Notes: generated by a model from the letters alone, not told the origin. DNA of 56,441 nucleotides, filler included, from Platydemus manokwari (GCA_037951405.1; 3 parts of 3 records of this genome joined end to end with filler, not necessarily neighbours in it), one strand, 5' to 3'. Shown: positions 39,551 to 54,129, counted from the whole stretch's first letter. Numbers and translations are program-made.

Positions 39551-40789
39551 TAAATTACTTTCAAGTTTCTGATGTAGTTTTATGAATATTAATTGGAACG
39601 AGACAAGTCATCTCTTTCATTTTCTATTGGCTCTAATTATAATTGATTTAAGATAGTTATATTTATTTAACAATTTGGAAATATTTAAAATAACTCAAAA
39701 ATATAAACCAATTATTAGAACAAATCTTAAGGTTGAATAAAAAATAATTATAACATTATTAAAAACTCCAATAAGCAGTTTTTACTGACAGTTATCAAGT
39801 AATGTACTTATTTTGTTATTTATTTATATGATGCATGTATTGATATCATGATAGTTATTTACGTCATTATGACGCCTATGAACCATACGGACGATGGTTT
39901 TGTAAACCAATGTCGATGATGAAACCCAGTCCCATTTTTTAATAACGATAAATATCACGTGATTGGTTTTAGTAAAGCTTTATTATTATTATATTATTAT
40001 TATTATTAATATTATTCGATTATAAAAAGATGTTGAAAAAATATCAATAAAATATTTTGAATGTAAACAAAATAATTTTGATAAAGGTTATTTGTGATTA
40101 ACACAGAGGAATCAAAAACTAGATAAGGTGTTAAAAGTTTTTCGCTTGAATTTTTATATGGATCAAATTTTTACTGCGACTTTTATTTACTGTGCTCACA
40201 TACAGTATGGATCTGCTTTTTAGATGACTACTTCAGACTGAATTGTGTGTATGTATATGTGAGTGCATGTGTGAAAAAGAATTTTGTATTGCAATCAAAT
40301 CTCGATAACTGAAACGTGATGTGGGTGGTGATGTTATTGGCAATGACGTAATTTTACAGATGAGTGAAACTTTAAAAGTCCAGATAAATAATTTACAAAA
40401 TAAATAACATCGCAATATGATTAATAACACATAGATGTGACATCAATGTGTCTGATAAACGCTAAACGTGTCTTGTAATTGTTAGAGAAATCACCAATCG
40501 ATGTTTTGGTTCATTTGGATCCATCTGTATACGAATGGTTCATTTCAAGAAATCTATTTATGATGGCATTAATAAGGAGTTAAATTTAATTATTGTTTAT
40601 AATGAAAAAATTTCTAAAACCAAACTTTTTCAACTCGAAAATCCAAGGCAATTATTTCATCTATTTATGTTCGTGTTGTGTTATGCTCAATTGGGTAGTG
40701 TTTTGCTCGTTAATGAACAATTATTTATTTTTATTGAAGAGAAGTAATTAATAAATTGAGGAATAAACATTTTAAATATTTCCACATAG

Positions 40790-42300
40790 CAAATAATTGT
40801 ACAAACCCTTGACCTGTTGGAAATGGAAAAAACATTTTTGTTTAAAACGTTATAAGAAAAATTACTGCAGTAAATGTAAGGTTTATGAATGTTTGCAATT
40901 GTAGAACTTCTGACAATTTTAACAAGTGATGTAATCCAATATTTTCGCTTAATGGTGAATTCGGACTTTCGGGTATTTCACTCACTTTTGGTTGACTGTA
41001 AATACTCGCGGCAATTATATTTTGATAATATATCACAGACAGTATTAGTAGATCAATAATTTGACTTCAATAACAGAACTGTTCGGTCTTCAGTGTTTGG
41101 TAATTGCTTATAATTTTTTTTTGAAAGTTGAATACCAGTTAGAAACTTTATGGTAACCCTTTTAATATGAAAGGATTTTGAACACTCTCAAAAGTCCTCA
41201 TTTTTTAATTTTTTTATAAGTTTTTTCTATTTTCTTGCTTCAACAGTAAAATTATTCCCAATTTCGATGTTATTTATTTTGCCCTTATAATATTCCAAAT
41301 ATCAACCCATGTATAGATTTTAATTTAGGATTTATTTCAATATATTTTTATTTTTCTTTATTTTTAGGAGGATTTTCATCAAAAATTATATTTTCAATAC
41401 AACACAAATATTATGGAACATTTTATTTTTTAAACATTAAAACTGTTGTAATCATTTTTATAATCATTTATTATCTTTCTTAAATCAGTAATGGTTTACG
41501 CTATGTTTTAATTTCATTTTTATCTTTTTATAACAGAAATAAGAATTTGAAAAATTATTTAATTTCTCATCTAATTTTTTTGTCTACTTGTTTTCCAAAT
41601 TGAAACCTTAAATATGCAGCCATCATCTCTATAAATTCGGTTTCTGTTTTATCTTTTAGGAATTTTAATTTGATTGACTTTTTCACAAATTAATTTTATT
41701 TCTGCTTTATTTATTTAATTATTGATTTATATAATGATTGAAGTTTATCAATATTTTCCTTATTTTTATGGATTGATGTTTTGTTATTTTTAATTAATTC
41801 AGATCTTTTACTTGATGAAGAAATATGAATTCTAAAATTTTTATTAGTTTTCATATCTTCAGTTTCTGAACATCTTTTAATTAATTTGAGATATTTTCTA
41901 TTATCATCGGTATTCTTTGAGAGATTTTGCAGCATCATTTGCACACTAATCAAGATCCCTTATATTCATTCCTAAAATTCCTTTCATTTCATCACCTAAT
42001 TCAGATTAATATATTTATTATCGTAAATTCTTTCTCAAGCATAAATCATCTATGTAACTTCGTTCATATTATTTCCCAAAGCATTCCAAAATTTAACGCT
42101 CTGAAATATGCTGGATATTTCCTGCGTAAAACTTTGATTTATTCCTTGAAATTTCAATTTCACACATTTATTTATTATTTTTGAATTTCGGTGAGCATGT
42201 TATCGATTTTATACTCAAATTTTAAACATTTATTTAAACAATATAAAACATACATTCATAACTGTCCTCTTAATTCCCCATCAATTTGAATTTGAATTTT
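40790..42300 (-). mobile_element. Possible very old L1/Tx1-like LINE ORF2 remnant
   Basis: Weak motifs in the correct order on the minus strand: IDGELR (~42280, GDFN-like), KIDNML (~42200, RID-like), Lys/Ile-rich linker, PLSEN..DY (~40940, RPISL.N.DY-like), GQGFV (~40805). Confidence 0.3.
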
Positions 42301-42475
42301 ATTACAAACAGTAGTCATATCCTCGAAGAAATCATAAACTTCTTTCGTCAATAATATATCATAAGGATCATAATAAATTCACAAAGGGCACCCAGAGGCT
42401 ACTTTATGAAATAATCCTGCTAATATATTTCTTTCTAAATTTAATCTTATTTATTTTCAATTACTTTAAACAACT

Positions 42476-43575
42476 TGTTACGTTCGGGACTTTTTGATTT
42501 TATTGTTTAACTAAGCTTAATCCTATTGGATACCGCTACTGTCTCAATCAGTCTCTATGAGCTCTTGTTAAGGCCACAGGTGTAATCTACCTTATGTTGA
42601 TGTTCCTTCACCTCGCACAGCCTTATTGTGTGATGACAATAGGTGTGGCAGTAGTGATATATTTTACTGAACTTAACTATCAGTCTCAAATTTTATAAAA
42701 CTATAACTATTCAAAACTATTATCTATGTTAATAACAATGAGTAACAATTTTACAAGCCCTGTATGAATAATAACTGAAACTTTAATGCTACAATTGTTT
42801 ATTAAATATAACACCAATACTAATTATCAAACATAAAATAAATAAAATAAAAATTGATGTTAAAACTACACTATACACAAATATGTTTTCAAGACTGCTT
42901 GCAATTTCAAGACAAAGGCGGTTTATATATCCAGCTCTTGGATTAAAACCAATGTTAACTCAAGATTTTTGAGCAAAAACTCTATAATATGAAATACATG
43001 ATACAGTATATAATATAGATCAGTATTTTACAGGTACGGTCTTAGTTTGGGTCTTCCAGCAAATGCCGGGCATAAACAGGAAAATTGGTCTTCTGCATCT
43101 GAAGATCTTCTTCAGTGCGTTGAATTGGAATTTGAATGGTGGGTATTCTCCAATTGATCTGACGTCAGACAGCGATAGTAACGGCAGTAACAGAATTTGT
43201 GTTGAACAATTATAGCGAAAAATAATGTCCGTGTTGATTGTGATTACTGCCTTATATAGGCAGTGTGAATCACTCGCAGATATTTTCTGCGATTAAATTT
43301 AATGCCAGTGAATTTATTTACTGGTAAGAGAGATTCTCTCTGAATAAATTTATAAGGCAGAGAAAATATCTCTCGATTAAATTTAATCGAGTGATTATTT
43401 TATTCTGCTATAGAAATTTCATGAGCGAAAACAGATGACAATTTATTTGTCGCTGTTGGTGCACGATATCCTATTTCGTGTTAATATTTTATAAATTAAT
43501 TTATTATTTTAGGAAATTTCGATGGATTTGCTATTGGTAATTTTATTGGTATTATTATTTTACGTATATATCAAT
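42476..43575 (-). mobile_element. LTR-like repeat containing a dense hairpin/palindrome array around a TATA box
   Basis: Minus strand ends ...CCCGAACGTAACA at 42476; CCTATATAAGG TATA-like box at 43260-43250; serial inverted repeats at 43240-43455; related segments at 5140-5660 and 14085-14150. The upstream boundary is uncertain. Confidence 0.45.
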
Positions 43576-44894
43576 AATAATTATTATAAATATCAATATT
43601 TTAAACGGTTTTTCCCCAAAAATTCAAGAGTTATAGAAAACATAAATAAATACGTGGTGATTAAATCAAAATTGGTACAATAAAAATTAATCCACATTTT
43701 ATACGTATTATCATGCACATAATTTTTCCAATGTAAATTAATTGTTATGGATTAAATGTTGGGCCAGAACAAAATCATTAATAATTTCTTTAAATAAATT
43801 TAATTATTTTACCATTATAATTAAATGATTTTGGTTTTCCGATCTTTATAATTTGTTTTGAAAGTTTTTCATCATTACTCTTATTTTAAAAAATACAAAA
43901 AAGTTAGTCATTGATCTCGTGCATCTTTCCTCCTTTAATTTTTATCTCAACAGCTTTTTCTTCAAGAACACATACTAAATTTAAACCTATTATCTTTTGT
44001 CATTTCTAAATTTCTAAACATCACATTTATTGACAACTAATTTTTCATGTTGTGCGCTTATATCAGAACAAAATATCGAATATAAATTTGGATAATCTCT
44101 ACCATATTTAATTGGGGGATATTTTCGAATTTTCACATAATTTAGCATAAGCCAAGTAAGATTCAATTCGGTTATTTGTGTTGATCTCAAAATTCATTGG
44201 ATTAGCAAGATAAAGAGAATCATCTAATTTAACTCTTAATCAATGTTATTTTTTTATTATTTTCATTGTTTTGAATAAATTTTGAATTATTTTTTGTAAA
44301 ATTAATATCTGAATCGCTTAAACCAATTATTTAATATCTTGTTTTATTGATTAACGTTAGCATTAGCCAATAGTGAGTTGATCTTTCGGGATTATCAACA
44401 GTATTTATTAATATATTCAAATTATCGTCATATATTATTTTTAATAACTCTAATTCATGCTCTGGATTTACAACGAATTCGGGCATGCAGTATTGTAAAG
44501 ATATAATAGTTAATTTTCTCAGTTTCTTTTGTTCCTCAGAATAATATTTTCACATCTATATTTCCATTTAAAATTAATCATTTATTGTGATTTTAAAAAA
44601 TCAAAACATTTGTTTTAGCAGAAATATTTCTGAAAAAATATATTTTCCATCGTTCTCTTTCAAATTGTAGAACGCTTTTCTTTTTTCCAGGAATTACATG
44701 ACCAGTTATTCTTAAATTATTTACTACGTTTATTAAGATCATGTTTATTTTCAATAGATTTTAAATTTTTATTTCAAAGTCATTGTAATGAGGCTATCAA
44801 ATTGTTGAGAAAATTCATAAGGAAGGATTTCACAAATTTCTACAATAGTTAAAGATTTATAAAATTCACCTTGTTCATGCAAATATTTCATTTA

Positions 44895-45385
44895 TGGTTT
44901 CTCTTGATAATTCGTTTTTAACCAAGAGGTAAATTTTTCAAAACGTTTGGAGATGTTAACGATATTATTTTCTGTCATACAGAAAAGGAAGGAAAAACTG
45001 TATTTGGTGAAAGATTTATTAGAACTTAGGAAACCATTATAAGAAAACATTTTACGGCCGTTGGAAATTAGAAAAGACGTAATTTTTTATTACAGAATGT
45101 TATAAATAAATATGATAAAAAATTCATTCTAGTATTATAGACCTGCGGAAGCTAGTAAACATCCTGAAATTGTTAAAGAAATTATTGAAAAACATAATAA
45201 TGAAAATTTTTAGTATTAGATCGTAATATAATATAAAAATAAATTTCAAGAAGGTTATAATGCAAATTATACTAAAAAGTATTTATTAATAAAGAGGTTT
45301 GCAAAACAGCCCATAGCTTATAAATTAATTGATTTAAATGGTGAACAATATTTGAAAGATTTCATAGTAATGGATTGGTTAAAAA
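44895..45385 (+). mobile_element. Polinton/Maverick retroviral-like integrase, C-terminal half, decayed
   Basis: ERFIRT (~45009), KY...HSSI..RPAEA, FQEGYNANYTKKYL, PIAYKLIDLNGE: matches Polinton integrase ERFNRT, YN..HS.I...P, F.KGY..NWT.E.F, P..Y.L.D..GE. Confidence 0.75.
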
Positions 45386-45819
45386 ATATTTTGAAGCCAA
45401 AAGTAAAAGCGTCTCAATTTGACTTAAGCACCCCACAAAGAAGAAATTAAATAGACTCCTTAATATAGAAGTAATTTGAAAAGGATTATTTGAATATAGA
45501 TCTCCGAGAGAAGCTGGGGGAGAATATGATACAATATTAGTAATATAAAGAGTTAAATTTTATATCTTTAATTTTTTATTATATAAAATAGAGAATAGGA
45601 TAAGTGAGTGAGTATAATAATAATAAAATATAAAAATAAATTGATAGTATGTGACCAAAAACTGACCTATCCATGATAAACTATCCGAGACTAAAAAATG
45701 ACGATCAGTATTCTGGAGTCCTAATGGCCCACATTTAATTATGAACATAATATTAAGATATATTTAAAAATTTTACAAAAATAAACATAAATGTTTATAA
45801 AATAAAATATTGAAATTTG

Positions 45820-46060
45820 TTTTAGAATGTCGATGAAAATTTACGTAGGTTCCACAAAAATGCCGGGAATTGTTACCTAAATTGTTTCTTGCATGGTATC
45901 AAATATAATACTGGTGAGAAAATATAATCATATTTTATAATCATTCTTACAAGATATCCGATAAGCTATAAGAGTAAATCATGTTTGAATATTGAATTTA
46001 TAACTGAAATGTTTGCAACCATTCTTAATCGTGACGATGGACAAAGTTTTTTATGAACAG
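45820..46060 (-). mobile_element. Possible Polinton minor capsid (penton) remnant
   Basis: Minus translation VANISVINSIFKHDLL followed by SY-like and IPGIFVEP segments, resembling penton VNI..VNSI...C.L...SY and PG..I.E.P; lies next to the integrase fragment. Confidence 0.35.
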
Positions 46061-49000
46061 TCTATCAAGTATAGTACGCTAAGCAAATCATTTTAAAATA
46101 GAATATAAAGTAAATTTTTACAATTAGAGGAGTATGATAAGAGAAGTATGTTGGAGAAAGCAAATTTGAAAAATGATCCTTCAAAAAGGTTAAAAGGGCA
46201 CTTTGAAAAATACCGTGAGAATCCTGTCTTGATATAGAGACTGTATATTGTTCATAAGACAATTCAAGACTATTAGAGTTTCACTTAATGAACCAATCAA
46301 GATGATGGTACTTTTCATTTAAGATAAACTCATCAGTAAATGAGGATGCAATGAGTAAGTCCATGTTTTTATATTTTTTCAAATTATTTTAGACATTCTT
46401 ATTCGCCAGACATGTCAAACTTTTGAAGAGGGTATGCAGAGGAGCATCAACTTCGAGGTATTAAACATAGAAGAGAACAAGACTTGTACAATCGAAAAGA
46501 GGGTAAATTCAGAAATATTATAAAGTTGTTGATGTAAAACACTTATACTACTCGTCTAAAGGTCTACTATATTCCCATCTGAAGAAATTCGCTGAATTTT
46601 GACCATCTCGGTCTCATTGAAAAGGGCTAAATAACTCTCTGAAGAACCACTGCATTGAACATCGATTGAAATTATTCTTGATCTATGATAATGCAAAAGA
46701 AATGAATATAATATGACGAGTTTGAGTTCGTTCAAAATATTTTTTTACTTTAAAATTATGTTAATCTTAAGGCATAAAAAATAAAATTCAATTTTTTATA
46801 AATTATCATTATTCTTATTTTTATTATTATCATTTTTGGAGCTACTTAATGTAGTAAGTAGTAAATTAAAAGATAATTAATGAAATATTAAGTCAACATC
46901 ATTTTAATACATTTAGTGTTGTTTTCTATTATCGGTTATTTCGGATAAATCCATGCTGAATAAAATTGCTGTTCACAATCGTGGATGGAAATTGCCTCAT
47001 CTTTATGCTATATATAGCATATATATAGCATATATTCGTAGCTTATAGCAATTTCTATCGATTATTATAATGATATTATTAAGAACTAATACAAGCCTCA
47101 CTTTATGTATTATAATAAATGAAAATATATTACTCTCAAACAACATACGATAATACAAATTCATGTACGGAAACTCGATTAATAACCATTTGATATTTAG
47201 CTCAATTGAGAGCAACAACACAGACAAAATACAAAGAACATCTTCAATGAATGAAACATCGATAATAGAAAAGCTATCATTGAAAAACTGAAAAAAAACA
47301 AACGCAAAACTGGTCGATTATGAGATTATTGGAACTATTGAAACCTGGACAAGCTGTACAAAGTACGTGAAGGTGAATAATTTCAATGTTGTCTCAAATC
47401 AAATAAACAAACAAAACAGAACAATGCGAAACTTCAATCACTAATCTAACATTTTCCATTGAATTTTATTAAGAAATCCGTATCAAACCGAATTATCGAT
47501 CATATTTAATTATCCAATATTAGCGCGATTACTCATAGTTTTACCTCCTACGGTTCTATATGAACAGTCACACAGAATTATCTAGTGGCAATATTTCCGA
47601 TTCTTGCTTTCGTGAAATCAAATCTATTAGTGGCCTACGCTAAACTGGCAATTTTTTTTTTAATATCAGGTATTGCTATAATATCCAATCAACAGACTTA
47701 GCAATATTTGTTTCAATGAAGCCGATGGAAAACTATTTTGGACGAGTTTCATGTTGGATAAATGCAACAAATTGCATTCACTTGGATTGAGATCAAATTT
47801 TTTGAATAAATTACTTGTTTATTTGTTTTAATCATTATTTAATCAATAATTTATCAATTAATTATTGATTGAAAAATATCAGAGACATGATTTAGATTTG
47901 AGAACAACCAATATTTGAAATCTCGTCTCTTCGGTATTTTTCGTTGGATTCGGTCTTTGACAATCGCGAATCACTAAGGGATATTTTTTGATTTCCTATC
48001 AATTGTCTGGAATTTAATTTTAATATAATTATTATTTATTTATTATTATAAAATCACTATGGAGATGAATATTTGTTTGTATTCATTATTTTAGCCAATT
48101 GCATGACAGATTTACCAAGCAGCACCCGTTAATTCAAATTTAAGAGTTTCATGCTTGTCATTTTCAATTTTAAAAGTGTTATCCATAAGATCATTTTATC
48201 CGACAATATAATCAATAAAACAAAAAATCAATAAATTTTCTATTTGAATCCGAATTCTCAGAATCGCAATCAGATAATTCGGCTAGAGTTAAAATAAATG
48301 GTTCTACAAGGAAGTTTTAAATCTGTTGAGTGTATTGCAAAATTCGATATAGTTTATTTAATTATATTCTTTAAAAACAGTCTGAATTTTTATTGAAGTA
48401 CTTCAGAAGAATTTTAATTAATAATAAAAAACTAGAGCTTCAAAATCTCTTAAAATTGGATTATTTGAAAAAGGGATCAATGTACATCGAAAAGCAATTT
48501 AAAAGATAATTAGCGAGGACCCGTTTTTTAACATTAGAAGCAAATTGAGATATATTCTCAATTTTTACAATTATTTTATAAAAATAACCAATGATATTAT
48601 TAAACATGTCTGTAATTAGCTAACTCGATTTATAATCAAAAAACTTAAATTTAAAAACTCGAATAATCATGTATAGAAGTGTTGTAATTAGAATGGGAAC
48701 TTGGTTTTAAAACTATGTTTGTCACTATTAGACATCTTAAAAAATGAGATACTAACTGGATTATACGAATAAATCAAACATCGCATTTATATATAAAATT
48801 AAGTTATAAATTTATCTTATGCGCGAAAATTCATTATAACGAAAGTAGGTCAAAAAACCCTTTTCCTTAACTTAAACCAATTTTTCCATACCTAATATAT
48901 TTGAAATAATTTTAAAATTAAAACAAACTTCCCGCCGAATCATGCCTTGAAATAATAGTATCCCCAAATCTATTGAATCACGTATTTGTAGTTGTAATGG

Positions 49001-49594
49001 ATAAGGTTATCTATTCTGGATTGAAATTGCAAGTGATGCTAATTAATTTAGAAAGTTGTTGACTAAGCCATGGGAATCAATCGGATGTGAATTGATTTAT
49101 TTACATAACATCTATTGTTCTTAAGATGAGTTCTTATGATATAATTTAGAAATAATCTCCCGGATATATTAAAAATAATTGAGCATAACGAAACATTTTA
49201 AAGTTATTTTAATTGAAGATATTTCTGGAAACCAGTTTGAAAATATTGACAAATCATTTTCTACGAATGTTTTAATTTGGCGTGATTTTCATTATATTTT
49301 ATCGGTAGTATTATTTTAATTGGTTATATCGATACTTGGGTTGTCATCAAGTTCATATTATAATAGCGAGTAACTGAGTATGATATTCTGTAAATCGTAT
49401 CTTTAAATATATCTTTAAGATATTTTGGAATGATAAGCTTGCCTAAAATATTTTAAATGTCTGATAAATCTCTTAAAAGTAAATCGAAAATAATATAAAC
49501 AAATATTAATAAACCATTTTATTGATCTCGATTGTTTTCATTTTTCAATCTTAAATTGGAGAATCTGTTTTTGGTTGTTGTTAGCATGTAAATA

Positions 49595-50870
49595 TTGGGT
49601 TGGTGGATAAGTTCGTGGGGTTTTATTTGTTGCAAACAAAACACACCGACGTCTTGTTTTAACTGATTTGAGTTATATTCACTCAGTCGAATTATCTATT
49701 TAAATAATTTTAGACCAACTTTCACTCTCAATACCTCATTAAAATGGAGTACCAGGTAGATAAAAATGAACATATCCGGCATCTATTCATTTTCTATTCT
49801 AATCAGCATTTAAACGCTGCAGAACTCACCGGAACGATTTGTTGCGTTTATGGAGAAAAGGCAGCCAGTGAATGAACAGCAAAAAAGTGGTTTTCGAAAT
49901 TTAGTAATGGATATTTTGATATAAACGATGCACCTCGGCCAGGCCAACCTAATGACTTTGATAGAGACTGTTTGAACCAATTGATTTATGATGATCCGTG
50001 TCAGTCGACACGAGCGATTGGACAAGCCATGGCTTGTGATCACACCACTATTTCTCGATCATTGATAACTCAACTTCTCAAAGAAAGTCACAAAAATCAC
50101 TGTTTCGATTTCTGCCTCTTTACTGATTCGCCATCAATCGGTTGTGCAGGAACATCAATCTTTACTTTCCAGGATCGAAACAAGTGATACGAAATGGTGC
50201 CTGTATGTAAATTTGAAACACAGAAAAGCTTGAGTAAGTCCTCAAAAGCAACCACAAAGCAACCACATTCGAAACCAGAAGTTCGCCAATGCAAAATTTT
50301 GTTGTGCGTTTGGTGGGATTAAATTGATGTTATTCATTACGAAACCTTGCCAGGAAACCAAACAATCTATGCCGAACCTTATTGTGAAAAACTCAAGCGA
50401 GTAAACCCTGTAATCAAAGCGCAAGAGACCAATAAGAAGCAGATAATTTTACAGCATAACAATGTTCGGCCTGATGTCGCCATAATGACAAAGTCGGCTA
50501 TTGAAAAGTTTGGTTGGAAAGTTTTTCGCCATCCTCCATATTCGCCCGACAAATTTTCATTTTTATCGCTCCATATCGAACCATCTTTCTGCTCTCACAT
50601 TTGAAAACGAAGAAGCAATAGCAACGTGGATTGAAGAATTTTTCGACCAAAAATCACCAAGCTTCTTCAAATGTGGGATTGAAAAACAGTGGAAGGAACT
50701 GATCGATTGTGGCAGAGAGTATCTCACTGATTGAGACTGAGAGATTTCTTTTTTTTAATGATTTCATAGATTCATTTTGTTATCTGGAATTTTTTACGTG
50801 GTTTTTATTCTTGATCAGCATGTATTTTTCCTAATTGTCAAAAACCGCACGAACTTGTGCACCAATCCAA
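49595..50870 (+). mobile_element. mariner (DD34D) DNA transposon, near full length with both TIRs, inactive transposase (49744-50734)
   Basis: TA-flanked TIRs TTGGGTTGGTGGATAAGTTCGTGGGGTTTT and AAAACCGCACGAACTTGTGCACCAATCCAA; motifs KWFSKF..G.FD..DAPRPGQP, IETSDTKWCLYVN, LCVWWD, LQHNNVRP, HPPYSPD; WVPHEL region missing; frameshifts. Confidence 0.95.
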
Positions 50871-51989
50871 TAAATTATTGTCCCAGTAATCTCTCATATT
50901 TGTTATTATAATTTCAAGGGTTATCAGGTTCATTGACAAGGTTTAACGTGTCCTATTCATAAACGATAAACTCATTATCCAATAATTGGCTTTTTTGCTG
51001 GATTAGAATTTCACGTCATTTTACATGCAAATACATTGGCTATCATTTATCAAGTAACTGTTTATCGTTAGCTCCATATCGACTTATATTTCACAAGAAA
51101 TTATGATGTTTTTATCAATATCTCTCATTCGGAAACAAATTCCCTTTATTACAAACCTTTTCAAATCATCTAAAAATATTTGAGATCAACATTAAACTCG
51201 GATATTTTCTATTAATAGAAAGCAAATCTATGAAAATTGATAATCGTAAATTAATTATAAAAATAGCTACTGATTCAACAAAAACATTTTGAACGTTTTT
51301 CTATTTGTTTGTAAGTAATTTTGCACTGGAATATTTTGTTATTAGGATTTCTCCACTTCGAAACTAATCGATTTTATGAAACAAATCAATAATGAAGCCA
51401 TTTAAATATATTACCACTTCATAATAAGTTAAACACTCATAGGAATTTATTTGTAAATATTTTCAAAAGTTGATATTTATGTGAGCCAATTTAGGTGTCT
51501 CTGGTTATTACTAATAGGTTTGCACATATAATAGGAATAATAATAATAAAAAACATATTAAAATTAAAAATAACTTAAAAAAATAACTTAAATTACCTAA
51601 AATATCACTTTACTGATAAGATAAAAGTAAAATATATTATGCTTTAATTATATTTTATCGAAATTTTAGTTTTAATAAACATATTACTGTCAAATTTATG
51701 AGTACATTAAACAACAATGAGAAAAGTGGCCAAAATAACCCGATTTTATGTTTTTACCCTCTCGTCTTTCAAAAATTCATAATAATATTCTGCATAGACT
51801 TTTGTTATTAATATCTAACTATTGGTTATTCGAATGGATATACTGGTCTCGTCTTGTTTGATAAGTGCTATTATACAGAGCTATTATACAAAAGCAGATA
51901 AATACATGATTCTGGATTTGAACTCTTTGAAATGATCAGCATCATCTGCGATTTGTTCGTAAGAACCAATATATCTATCGGATAATCAT

Positions 51990-52640
51990 AATTTCTTTTG
52001 TTGTAACCACATTAGCCTTTCGTTTTATATAAATATCCCATTTCTGAACTTCTTGCTCAACATTTCGAGACAATTTTGATCCATGTTAAACATTCTGAAT
52101 ATAATCAATCAATTTCTTACTACAGATATGACATAATTTTTCACGAAGATATTTAGGTAATTTCTGCGAATGTGATTCTAGTGTAATTATGGATTTCTTC
52201 AAACGGCTCATACTGCTCTGAGTTTGGAAAATATATGCTTTTCTTGATGGATGCGTTGACTCCACTTTCCAATGCTTGTAACCATTTTCGAATTGAACCG
52301 ATGACAATATAAGACTGTTAAAGCTTTCTTTATTCTTAGCTTTTTGAAATGGAGAATTTTGTGTTGTGTTAAACATAATGAACAGAAAGCTGCACTTAAT
52401 CAAGAGACTCCATCTGTATATCAATAATCAGTTCTCTTTCAAGATAGGAGATCAAAATAAGTACCCTAAAAATCGGATTTAAATTAAGGAGTGATCCTTT
52501 AGTGATTTTTCAAATATAGGTCAATACTTAAAATGCATAATATCTCTTGGTCAGACAAAAGTTCATTTCACGTAAAACAATAACCTTTCAGGACTATTAA
52601 GAGTTATAGAAGCATATGCAATTGCGTCATGCACAGTGGT
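51990..52640 (-). mobile_element. Decayed hAT transposase remnant with TTF-type zinc finger
   Basis: AAFCSLCL (52393-52370) and FENGYKHWK (ORF 52086-52424) match the TTF finger FC..C / GF.NWK; similar to the 38945-39020 segment. Confidence 0.55.
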
Positions 52641-53627
52641 TTCTTTATTTTGTCATGGTTTGCTTCTACAACATCTGGACTAAATATGTGATCCAAGAAA
52701 ATTAATTATTAACACTATTTTCTGCGATGATTTTCAGTTCCAATGACTTAATCAGCTTGAAAACCTGAAAGAGTTTTGTATGATGATTCTCAACTACCTT
52801 TCCTTACACTAATAGGTAAAAAAGGACGCCTTTATGTATTCAATTTCTAAAATTTGCATTTATTAACACCTGAAAAGTTGATGGAGAGATACAAAGTACA
52901 GAAGGAAACCTATTAAAACAAAACTGTCTCGTTCATGTAATGAAAGCGATTTTTAACTTGGAATCAAATAAACATAACAACAGTAAAAATAAAATATCAT
53001 TCATATATCAAATATAACTTTTATGTTTCAGATACAATTAAGAGGATTGTTTATTGTTTGGTTAAAATTATAAAACTTAAAATTATTATATTAAGATTAA
53101 AATCAAGGAAACAATTAACGGCTCAATTACGGACTGGAAAATCACTAGCTATTATAATTGCTACCATGAATACCGTCGCAAAAAGGGTTGGAAACAATGC
53201 TTCAAATCTTGCAATTCTATTCCAGTGATTTATTTTGTCATTGGAAATTCATTGTGAAAAAATTTATAATAATTTTGATTGATGGTCACTGATATTCATA
53301 AACTGGTAAATCGGAACTAGAAATCCATTAATCTTAACAACTTCTTTTAAATCTTAACGTTTCACTAGAGATATTTCAATATAAAAAATCTTCAGAACTT
53401 TTATCAGGAAACTAATTGATATTTAGCCTTCTAAATATATGAACCCCATCAATTATGTAAAAAATCTGACAAAACATTATTTTGTTATTCTAAACAAAAT
53501 ATCTAATTATAAAATCGTGTATAAAATCATTTTTAATAAATAATAATAATAAAAATTATAAAATAATAGCACAATATGTTATATTTTTAATTTTACAACT
53601 ACATTTATCAACTAAAATTTAGATTTA

Positions 53628-53755
53628 ATTACTGTGACTACATTTTGTCTAGGACTTTATATTATTTACAAAGTCGATATCATTACGTGTATGCTTATAA
53701 ATATAATTCAAATCTTTCACTAACTTCAAAAATTTTTTATTTGAAAATTCAATAA
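53628..53755. repeat. ~128-bp direct repeat, second copy at 55953-56080
   Basis: ATTA.TGTGACTACA...GACTTTATATTATTTAC.AAGTCGATAT...TTATAAATATAATT...TAACTTCAA.AA.TTTTTATTT..AAATTCA in both copies. Confidence 0.85.
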
Positions 53756-54129
53756 AATTTTGTTGATTTTTATAGGATTGGTTTTGACCTACTGGAAGCT
53801 TTTGATTTGTGACGTCATCGGCTCAGTAAAGGCCAGGCCTGTTACAATGTTGCGTTCTACTTTCCCTCACCTCGGCTCTTATTGAGGTTAGAATAGTTTG
53901 ATTGTTTAATAGATTAGATGAAATCTATCAAAACACCGTTCGAGTGAAAATGCTAGATTTTCGCTGAATGTTCAATTTTTCAATCTCACATCCTTTGACG
54001 AGGTTTCAGATTCTATTCTTTGGCGCTCCAATTTTTCTAAAATTGCTTTAATTGAGGCTGGAATTATACCTGCATTATGATTTCTTTGAATTGTGGCAAA
54101 ACCTGCAATTTTGACTTTCTTCAAGCTTA

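Noticed and set aside
43780-44890. Possible L1-like 3' remnants (also 37360-37700)
   Set aside because: Only isolated 3-4 residue motifs; too weak to call.
46290-46345. Hammerhead-like CTGATGA...GAAA on the minus strand (also partial cores near 13991, 25700, 27710, 35580)
   Set aside because: Stems I/III and the NUH cleavage site could not be formed, or the core is incomplete.
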